In this document: positions 57,149 through 64,000 of the stretch, in pieces | Layout of the letters: each line of letters starts with the position of its first letter | How positions within the stretch are numbered: position 1 is the stretch's first letter | Source of the DNA: Methanomassiliicoccales archaeon UBA147 | GTDB lineage: Archaea > Thermoplasmatota > Thermoplasmata > SG8-5 | Direction of reading: 5' to 3' | DNA length: 64,000 nt | Assembly: GCA_002496385.1 (NCBI GenBank) | Contig: DAJR01000023.1 | Span: 3,651-67,650, forward strand | The notes under the pieces: model-generated | The model's database searches: none | The model's input: only the letters and a program-made list of their open reading frames with translations | What the model was told of the DNA's origin: nothing | Program-made: the position numbers and the translations under genes

Positions 57149-58384
57149 TCATTCCACCTCCTGCAATGTGGCAATCCGACCAAGTATGGCAGAAGCCGCC
57201 GCAGTCTCGGGCGATGCCAGGTAAGTGTCACCGGCGCCCTGCTTTCCCGCAAAATTCCTGTTGGACGTGGAAATGTGGACCTGGCCCTCGCCGGTCATGC
57301 CGATCTGCCCTGAAGCGCAGCCGCCGCAACCCGGGTTTGACACGACGAACCCCGACTCGATGAGCGTCGAGATATGCCCATCTTTCAGGAGCCTCTTCCA
57401 GACCTTCATTGTGGCCGGCACCAGCGTTGCCACAATCCCGGGCTTCACCTTCCTGCCCTTCATTATCTTGGCCACCGAGACGATGTCCTCGTATGTCCCG
57501 TTGGTGCAGGAGCCGATGAACACCGAATGTATCGGCCTTCCTCCCAGGGATTCGACGTCAACGACTGCGTCAGGCTTCGGGGGCTTGGCAATCTGCGGCT
57601 TCAGGCCGGAGATGTCCAGGTCTATGGTCTTCTCGTAAACCGCGTCCCTGTCCGGGGTGATGGCTTTCTTCTGGCCGAAATGCTTCAGCACTTCCTTGTT
57701 GGGGACGATGAGGCCGATGATGGCCCCCATCTCCGTGGCCATCGAAGCAAGCGTGATGCGACCTGCCAGGTCAAGCTTGTCGATTGCAGACCCGCGGAAC
57801 TCTATCGCCTTTCCCAGTGCCGTCTTGGTGCCCAACTTCCCTGTGATGAAAAGGGTGAGGTCCTTTGCGGAACAGGTCTTCGGCAGGTCGCCCTTGATGT
57901 TCACAACAATGCTGCCCGGAACCTCGAACCAGGTCTTTCCCGTCTTGAAAACGAATGCAATATCCTGGTCGCCCATGCCCTGGCCGAATGCCCCGACCGC
58001 GCCCATGATGTTGAGATGCGAATCAGTTCCCACCACTGTCGAGCCGGGGTATCCCAGGCCCTCCTCTATCATCACATGGGAGCCGATTCCCGCGTCCACG
58101 TCGTACAGCTTTATGCCCTGCTCCCAGGCGAAGTTCCTGCATATCTGCTGGTTGTTGGCATAGGGAATGGTGTTGGCGGGCACGTTGCAGTCGAACGTGA
58201 AGAACGTCTTCTTCGGGTCCTCGACCTTGTTGCCAGGATAATATTTTTTGAAATTCTTGACGACGTTCGCGCCGCCGAAGTCTCGCGCGGAGCGCACATC
58301 GATGCCTATCCAGACTATCTTTCCCGCAACGACGTCCTCATCCGCGTGTGCGGCCAGAATCTTCTCGACCAATGTTTTACCCAT
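57149..58384 (-). CDS. Aconitase-family (LeuC/HacA-like) large subunit
   Basis: EKIL, DSH, IGSCTNG, PGCGGC, STSNRNF, LASP. Confidence 0.9.
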   Translation of the reverse strand: MGKTLVEKILAAHADEDVVAGKIVWIGIDVRSARDFGGANVVKNFKKYYPGNKVEDPKKTFFTFDCNVPANTIPYANNQQICRNFAWEQGIKLYDVDAGIGSHVMIEEGLGYPGSTVVGTDSHLNIMGAVGAFGQGMGDQDIAFVFKTGKTWFEVPGSIVVNIKGDLPKTCSAKDLTLFITGKLGTKTALGKAIEFRGSAIDKLDLAGRITLASMATEMGAIIGLIVPNKEVLKHFGQKKAITPDRDAVYEKTIDLDISGLKPQIAKPPKPDAVVDVESLGGRPIHSVFIGSCTNGTYEDIVSVAKIMKGRKVKPGIVATLVPATMKVWKRLLKDGHISTLIESGFVVSNPGCGGCASGQIGMTGEGQVHISTSNRNFAGKQGAGDTYLASPETAAASAILGRIATLQEVE

Positions 58385-58480
58385 GGGAGCACCGTAGGGG
58401 AATTCCGTTCGGGATTTAAGGGTTTAGACGTATTTTTGTATTTTTGTCATGGGGATGGAGGGAGAATTTGCATTAATACG

Positions 58481-58751
58481 CAACCAAAGGCAAAGAGAGA
58501 CGAATCAGAACTTAGGTGGCACCAATCTTAAAATACTCCAAGTCCACCACCCCTATATTCAGTTCCAGCCAGTTCCATCATGCCCCGCCTGTCAGGGCGG
58601 GGTTGTGGCCTGGTTTCCGGAACCAGGCTGATGAACCGATTCTCTATCTTTCATACTTTGGAGACCCAGCCTGTGAGGGCTGGGAGGTATTGACAACGAG
58701 GTTCAACCCGGTGCCGAGTCCCGGCCAACCAAAGGATGAGAGAGACGAATC
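58481..58751. repeat. Structured intergenic element bounded by 26-nt imperfect direct repeats
   Basis: CAACCAAAGG-caaag/atgag-AGAGACGAATC at 58481-58506 and 58726-58751; hairpins at 58583-58602, 58608-58628, 58665-58684; long stem 58638-58661 with 58729-58751. Confidence 0.65.
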
Positions 58752-58777
58752 TATGAGCTTGTATCTATTCGCTAATA

Positions 58778-58866
58778 TGACGAACAGACTCTGCCACAAT
58801 ATTTTTACATTCGCTAGTTCGTCGGTTGCGCCTAATGGCATAACAAAATGTTTCTGGCCATTAGGC
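58778..58866 (+). repeat. Two-hairpin motif, copy 3
   Basis: TGACGAAC-AGACT..GCTA-GTTCGTCG (58778-58824), then GCCTAATGGC..GCCATTAGGC. Confidence 0.7.
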
Positions 58867-58909
58867 TAACCATTTTTCATTGTAACCATAATGATAAAAG
58901 AAAGAAAAA

Positions 58910-58983
58910 TGGACTCAGCGGGATTCGAACCCGCGGCCTCTGCCTTGCGAAGGCAGCGATCTACCGGGCTGATCTATAAGCCC
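58910..58983 (-). tRNA. tRNA-Ala(CGC)
   Basis: Cloverleaf GGGCTTA..TGAGTCCA with G3:U70; anticodon arm CTGCC-TTCGCAA-GGCAG; GGTTCGAATCC T-arm. Confidence 0.97.
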
Positions 58984-59046
58984 ATATTATTTGAAACAGC
59001 CAATAGCATATAAGATATAAACTTTTGTCAGCAACAGCCCGGTATT

Positions 59047-59230
59047 GGGCCAATTTCTGAACGATGCAATAATCAACAAAAGAAATTAGCCCGTATCATC
59101 AAACTAGCGATTAATGGCTTATGTTACCAGAGTCTGTTTGATGAAAGACCGAATTGCACCAAACGCATAGAATTCGGTCGTATCGCCAAACTAGCTATTA
59201 TTACCATATGTTATTGAAGTCTGTTTGGCG
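59047..59230 (-). repeat. Two-hairpin motif, tandem copies 1 and 2
   Basis: 47-nt hairpins at 59097-59143 and 59184-59230, each joined by a 4-nt linker to a second hairpin (59047-59092, 59147-59179). Confidence 0.75.
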
Positions 59231-59315
59231 TTATTAACTCTAGTATTGGGGCGTTTCTCTCTATCTTTCACTTCGTTCATTAACCTTTTATCCCTCCGCG
59301 AAGTTCAAGGTCTCA

Positions 59316-60899
59316 ATGCCCATCTCCGCCTCCGGAAAAGGCTTCGATATCATCCTGGTCTCCGCAGAGTACTGGGACGACCATCCCCTTTCACCTGTCG
59401 GGGTGATAGCCAGGGTGCTGGATGCCAAGGGGTTTTCCATCGGCATAATCGAGAAGCCCGAAACTCCTGAGGATTTCACCCGCCTGGGCAGCCCCAAATT
59501 GTTCTTCGGCGTGACAGCAGGGTCCATCGACAGCATGATGAACAATTACACGCCAATGAAGCACAAACGGGCGGACGACCCGCATGCCAGGAAGCAGAAT
59601 CCCATGCCGGATCGCGCCACCATCGTTTACTGCAATGCCCTCAGGCGGCATTTCAAGGGCTGCACCATCGTCATCGGCGGCATCGAGGCCTCCCTGCGCC
59701 GGTTCACGCATTACGATTACTGGAACAACAATGTCAGGCGCAGCATCCTTCTGGACTCGAGGGCGGATGTACTCGTTTACGGCAACGGCGAGATGCAGAT
59801 AATCGAGCTGGCACAGCGGGCCAGGGCCGGAAAGCCGCTCGCAGGGGTTCAGGGGACTTGTGTGGTATCGAAGACCGTGCCCGAGGGGTTCGGACGACTG
59901 CCCGGCCATGCCCTGGCTGCCGCGGACAAGAAGGCTTTTTGCGAGATGCAGAACCAATTCTCCATCACGAAAAACCTGGCGCAGGAGTATGACAGGAACT
60001 TCGTCCTGCAGTACGCCTACCCGGGATACACGACAGGATTCCTTGACTGGATATACTCGCTCGATTACTCAAGGGACATGCATCCCGAATCGCTCCTCAG
60101 GATGGCGCAGTTCTCAGTCCAGACGCACAGGGGCTGCATCGGGAGTTGCTCGTTCTGCTCCATCGGGCTGCACCAGGGCAACCGGATAATCTCGCGGAGC
60201 GAGGGAAGCATACTGGCCGAGCTCAGGAAAATAGCGGGGCACAGGGAGTTCAGGGGGGTGATTGACGACCTGGGGGGGCCGTCCGCCAACATGTACGGGA
60301 TGGACTGCGATGCCTGCGAAGGCGACTGCACAGCCTGCGGAAAGCTGGACCGCTCCCACGCGCCTCTGATTGCGCTCATGAAGAAGGCCAGGAAGGTCAA
60401 GGGCGTCAGGAACGTATTCGTCCGGAGCGGGGTCCGGTACGACCTGGCCATTGACAGCCCCGAGTACATCAAAGAGCTTGCTGAACATCATGTCTCCGGC
60501 TGCCTGAAGATAGCGCCCGAGCATTTTTCAAAAACGGTTCTGGGGCTGATGAACAAGCCTGGCGAGAGGTTCGACGAGTTCGTCGAGCTGTTCGGCAAGC
60601 TGAGCGCCGGAACCGGCCATACCCTCAGGCATTACCTTATGATTGGGCATCCCGGGGAGGACGCGGCAAGCCTGGACGCACTGGTGAGAAAAGCCCGGGG
60701 TCTGGGTAACATCGAGAACTTCCAGCTGTTCACCCCGACACCGATGACGCTGTCCACCTGCATGTACTGGACCGGGCTGGACCCAAGGACCATGCGGCTG
60801 GTGAAAATCGTGTATGACTATCATACAAAGAAGAAGATGAAGGAGAAGGTCCTGGCAGTCATCAAGGAAAGCGATCCGGATATGGACAAAGATTATTAG
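59316..60899 (+). CDS. YgiQ/UPF0313 family radical SAM protein
   Basis: DHP, G..DSM, PDRA..VY, GGIEASLRR..HYDYW, HRGC.G.CSFC, GGPSANMYG, LKIAPEH, FTPTP. Confidence 0.92.
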   Translation: MPISASGKGFDIILVSAEYWDDHPLSPVGVIARVLDAKGFSIGIIEKPETPEDFTRLGSPKLFFGVTAGSIDSMMNNYTPMKHKRADDPHARKQNPMPDRATIVYCNALRRHFKGCTIVIGGIEASLRRFTHYDYWNNNVRRSILLDSRADVLVYGNGEMQIIELAQRARAGKPLAGVQGTCVVSKTVPEGFGRLPGHALAAADKKAFCEMQNQFSITKNLAQEYDRNFVLQYAYPGYTTGFLDWIYSLDYSRDMHPESLLRMAQFSVQTHRGCIGSCSFCSIGLHQGNRIISRSEGSILAELRKIAGHREFRGVIDDLGGPSANMYGMDCDACEGDCTACGKLDRSHAPLIALMKKARKVKGVRNVFVRSGVRYDLAIDSPEYIKELAEHHVSGCLKIAPEHFSKTVLGLMNKPGERFDEFVELFGKLSAGTGHTLRHYLMIGHPGEDAASLDALVRKARGLGNIENFQLFTPTPMTLSTCMYWTGLDPRTMRLVKIVYDYHTKKKMKEKVLAVIKESDPDMDKDY

Positions 60900-60928
60900 A
60901 ATGTACCCGGTTACCTCGCACGTTTCTC

Positions 60929-61912
60929 ATGCCACAATGCACGATTTGCGGACAGGAGACTGCATTCATCCCCCAGTACCAGCAGTGGTACTGTTACCGC
61001 TGCCAGGTTTATCCATATGCCACGCACACTCAGCCAAGTTATCAATCCCCTCCGCAGTATTATGCCCCTGCATACTACGCGCCCCAGTACTACCAGCCTC
61101 CTCCGGCCTATTACCGCCCGCCGGCAGCAGTGCCCAGTTTCCAGGCGGCCATTTCCAAGGTTCATGCGTCGTTCATGATGCGCCAGAGCGCGGACAGGAC
61201 CGTTTCAATGGCCTGGGTATGGGCGATAGTGCTTCTCCAGGTGGTGCTCCCGGTGTCTGCCATAATAACAGGGGTCGCGCTTCTGGCTGGCACGGAATCC
61301 ACAGAGATCGACCCCGGCCACCTTCTTTTGATAATACTTGCGGTGCTCATAGTCTCAATTGCCCTGGCCGCGGTCTATGCGCTCCTCACGTACCGTCTGG
61401 TGGGCCGGAGGGACAGCCATTTCCGGCGGGACAACCTGCTGATGGAGGGCATGGGCGAGTACCTGACCGCTGTCTCGGCCAGCACCCAGACCGACCTCAA
61501 CGTTGAAAGATGGACCATGAACACGCTCCACGTCCAGGGGATGACCCAGGACAGGTCTGCAAGCCTCTGGGCGGTGCTGGTCGCCCTGCTCCCCATAATC
61601 GGGATCATCTTCCTGATTTATTGCATGATGTTCCTCACAAAGGACACCCACCAGCATGACGAGAGGCAGAGGGCGTTCAACCGTTATTTCGAGGCTGGGA
61701 TGGCCCGCTCCGGGAAGGAATTCCGGGCGTCAGGCGCATGGCAACCTCTTCCCAACCGGGATGTCGCGGCCTATGTGATCCTGACCGTGCTCACCGTCGG
61801 GTTGTTCCTCCCCTACTGGTGGTACGTGAACATCGAGGACATGAACCTGCACATGAAGAACCAGTGGGAGTTCGAGAACGCCCTTGTCGAGACTTTCAAG
61901 GCAGAGGCATGA
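60929..61912 (+). CDS. Membrane protein with N-terminal zinc ribbon, Pro/Tyr/Gln-rich linker and DUF4234-like helices
   Basis: CTIC..WYCYRC, YYAP/QPPP repeats, RRDSHF.R, TVGLF.PYWWY....N.H. Confidence 0.75.
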   Translation: MPQCTICGQETAFIPQYQQWYCYRCQVYPYATHTQPSYQSPPQYYAPAYYAPQYYQPPPAYYRPPAAVPSFQAAISKVHASFMMRQSADRTVSMAWVWAIVLLQVVLPVSAIITGVALLAGTESTEIDPGHLLLIILAVLIVSIALAAVYALLTYRLVGRRDSHFRRDNLLMEGMGEYLTAVSASTQTDLNVERWTMNTLHVQGMTQDRSASLWAVLVALLPIIGIIFLIYCMMFLTKDTHQHDERQRAFNRYFEAGMARSGKEFRASGAWQPLPNRDVAAYVILTVLTVGLFLPYWWYVNIEDMNLHMKNQWEFENALVETFKAEA

Positions 61913-61916
61913 GCGC

Positions 61917-62450
61917 ATGGAAAATACGCCCCTGAGACCAAGACACCTTCTCATCGCCTTCGGATTCGGCGCCCTCTCGACGCTGGTTGCCTCCTGGGCG
62001 TCGCTGGCATTGATGCTGAGGACCAGCACCTACACGCTTCCTTTCGCGGTCGAGGACGCCGGTCTGGTCACGATTCTGATGGCCGTCATAGTCGCGCCTT
62101 TCGTCGAGGAATTGGCGAAGCCGATAGGCCTCTATTTCATCCGGTCGGAGGAAAAACCGGATTTCAAACTCGGGGATTGGGCGCTCCTGGGGGCAATGGC
62201 CGGGCTCGGTTTCGCAATGGTCGAGAATTTCCTCTATGCCGCCACTGTCCTGAGCTACGGGGCGGATGTCTCGGCAATGCTCCTTGGGCTGAGGTTCCTC
62301 CTCCCGCTCCACATGATCGCCACGGCGATATCGGGATATGGGGTAGGGCTGTGGGCCAAGACAGGGAACGCAAAATATTTCGCGGCCTGCATCTCCGTCT
62401 CGATGCTCCTCCACGGGCTCTTCAACCTTGCCGCATCGGTGGTGGGGTGA
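61917..62450 (+). CDS. PrsW family intramembrane protease
   Basis: AP.VEELAK, GLGFA..EN, PLH, HGLFN. Confidence 0.88.
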   Translation: MENTPLRPRHLLIAFGFGALSTLVASWASLALMLRTSTYTLPFAVEDAGLVTILMAVIVAPFVEELAKPIGLYFIRSEEKPDFKLGDWALLGAMAGLGFAMVENFLYAATVLSYGADVSAMLLGLRFLLPLHMIATAISGYGVGLWAKTGNAKYFAACISVSMLLHGLFNLAASVVG

Positions 62451-62452
62451 CC

Positions 62453-62806
62453 ATGGGGCTACCGGAAGGAACATTCAGGGGATTGGCGAGAGTCGTTTCC
62501 CCGCTATCATTCTGGATGGCGGCCGGGTGGGCAGCATATCCAACGGCCATCCAGCGCATCAGCGCCGACATGGGCGAGGCGATGGACATTGCAGAAGTGA
62601 GATTGTTCTCCGCCATCATGACGGTTTGCTGTCTGGGGGCGGGCATCGCGCTTGCGGTTTACGGGTTCACGGGAAGGGATGCGAGGGATGAAGACCTCAG
62701 AGCCCTGGCGAAAAAATCTCTGTTGTGCCCGTACTGCGGTGCCACTATGGCATCGGACAACGGGAGGTGTGGCAAATGCGGCAAAGAGATCCCTCGCGTT
62801 CGTTAA
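62453..62806 (+). CDS. Small two-TM protein with C-terminal zinc ribbon
   Basis: Two hydrophobic helices, CPYC..CGKCG; GGGGTGA RBS. Confidence 0.65.
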   Translation: MGLPEGTFRGLARVVSPLSFWMAAGWAAYPTAIQRISADMGEAMDIAEVRLFSAIMTVCCLGAGIALAVYGFTGRDARDEDLRALAKKSLLCPYCGATMASDNGRCGKCGKEIPRVR

Positions 62807-62845
62807 AATCAAAGAAGAACTGACAATCAGAATCCAAATTAATCA

Positions 62846-62956
62846 ACCCCTGGCATAGGCTGGATTAGGGGCTGCCAGGGGTCTGTCCGGTCAACGTTCC
62901 CACTGATTGGGGCCGTCGAAGCGTGAAAATAATGAAAAAATATTAGATTCACGCTT
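62846..62956. terminator. Hairpins between convergent genes (candidate terminators)
   Basis: ACCCCTGGCA/TGCCAGGGGT (62846-62882) and AAGCGTGAA/TTCACGCTT (62919-62956), the second enclosing a tract that is T-rich on the minus strand. Confidence 0.4.
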
Positions 62957-63254
62957 AACCGAACAGAGCACCCAGGCCTGCTGCTGCTTCTTCTTCAGAG
63001 ACCTTTTCCTCTTCTTTCTCTTCCTTCTTGGCGGCTGCGGCAGCGGGAGCTGCTGCGGGGGCGGCTGCAACCGGTGCGGCCACTGCGGTCTTCATCGCCT
63101 CGGCGATGTCGACGCCATCAAGGGATGCGGTGAGGGCTTTCACCCTGGCGGTGTCCGGTGTTACTCCGGCCGCTGTCAGGACCTTGCTCACTGCGTCCTC
63201 TGTTATTGCCTTCCCTGCCGAGTGAAGGATCATTGCGCTGTATATATATTCCAT
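62955..63254 (-). CDS. rpl12p: 50S ribosomal protein P1 (L12p)
   Basis: MEYIY.A..LH..GK, Ala-rich hinge, [13 protein letters not shown]. Confidence 0.97.
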   Translation of the reverse strand: MEYIYSAMILHSAGKAITEDAVSKVLTAAGVTPDTARVKALTASLDGVDIAEAMKTAVAAPVAAAPAAAPAAAAAKKEEKEEEKVSEEEAAAGLGALFG

Positions 63255-63285
63255 TTTTCATACCTCCATTATCTTTGATCTTGAA

Positions 63286-64000
63286 TCATCCGAAGAGCGC
63301 GCCCAGTCCGGCCGCCGCATCCTCCTCTGTAACTTTTGGCTCCTCTTTCTTCTCGCTCTTCTTGTCCTGGGGCGCTTCCGCCGGCGCTGCTGCCGCGGCG
63401 GCTGTCGCCGCTCCTGCCAGAGCCGCTTTCAGGTCCTCGTCGAGCGCGTCCGGGACCCTTGCTGCGAGCGCCATCATCTTGAGGTTGGCTTGCCCCACGA
63501 GTTTGTCAATTGTATTCTTATTGGTTATCCCTGCGAACAGGGCCACGTTCATTGATTCAGTGTAAGCTTTGGATATCAGCGGCCTGATTGTCATCGGCGT
63601 CGTGTATCCGATGGTGATGGCTACGCTGTAGGTGCCGCTTATCGCGCCCAGGAGGTCGCCCATGAACTTCTTCTCATCGATCGCCAGAACCTCCGGCCCG
63701 AACACAATCCCTTTCTCCCACACGCCTCTGAGGTCCATTCCCACGATGAGGGGGAATATCTCGAGTTTGGTGAGCATCTGCGCAGCCTTCAACGGGATCG
63801 GGTCGCCCTCCTTTACGAGGAGCTTGGCCTTCTTTATCACGACCTTCCCGCCCTCGATGGCAGCCGGAATTCCTGCCTGCTGGAACTCACCGACTATCGG
63901 GCCCGGTTTGAAAGAGGTCTCGCCGGCTTTTACCTCGATGTCCGCGGGGGCAATTTCGCCGCCCTTTGCGGGGGCCGGGGTCTTTGTCGATTCCATGACC
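63286..64000 (-). CDS. rplP0: 50S ribosomal protein L10/P0 (5' part outside window)
   Basis: [31 protein letters not shown]. Confidence 0.96.
   Translation of the reverse strand, partial: VMESTKTPAPAKGGEIAPADIEVKAGETSFKPGPIVGEFQQAGIPAAIEGGKVVIKKAKLLVKEGDPIPLKAAQMLTKLEIFPLIVGMDLRGVWEKGIVFGPEVLAIDEKKFMGDLLGAISGTYSVAITIGYTTPMTIRPLISKAYTESMNVALFAGITNKNTIDKLVGQANLKMMALAARVPDALDEDLKAALAGAATAAAAAAPAEAPQDKKSEKKEEPKVTEEDAAAGLGALFG

Noticed and set aside
58608-58660. Hairpin followed by CTGATGA as a hammerhead ribozyme or C/D box RNA
   Set aside because: No NUH cleavage triplet before the stem, no stem II-GAAA, and no suitably placed CTGA D box.
58535-58800. RNase P RNA (AAGTCCACC resembles the P4 5' strand)
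   Set aside because: Lacks the GAGGAA lead-in and a complementary ACAGAA..GGCT 3' strand.
58910-58983. Integrated element at tRNA-Ala
   Set aside because: No duplicated tRNA end or integrase was seen in the window.
58778-59230. Canonical integron attC array
   Set aside because: AAC...GTT arms are present, but the units are shorter than typical attC sites, lack clear L boxes, enclose no cassette ORFs and have no integrase nearby. Kept as an unexplained motif instead.

Overview
Chromosomal segment of an archaeon, most likely an anaerobic Thermoplasmatota. Archaeal markers are P0/L10 and P1/L12, Csl4, PAC2, METTL5, a deoxyhypusine-synthase family gene and tRNA-Ala(CGC), alongside bacterial-type FolD and Rpe; the lineage call is an inference. 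Main blocks: (1) an operon at 4.3-12.0 kb with a CitF-like citrate CoA-transferase next to a citryl-CoA-lyase/citrate-synthase-fold enzyme, a CoA-transferase-GNAT fusion, an ADP-forming acyl-CoA synthetase and a DRTGG protein, with no citD/citE/citC in the window, i.e. a candidate ACP-free hybrid citrate cleavage route; (2) an expanded orange-protein-like metallocluster operon at 12.9-19.9 kb; (3) housekeeping genes; (4) a GT-C-like membrane protein with a FtsX/MacB-type ABC system and DUF1616, followed by a partly AT-rich Wzm/Wzt glycan locus at 33.9-56.6 kb; (5) a divergent LeuCD/HacAB pair; (6) a tRNA-Ala flanked by three copies of an unannotated two-hairpin motif with compensatory stem changes, plus a second structured repeat shared with the window start. 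Several small genes absent from the ORF track and two probable CTG starts were found by reading the sequence. No integrase, transposase, CRISPR array or rRNA was seen. All family calls come from motif recognition, not database searches.
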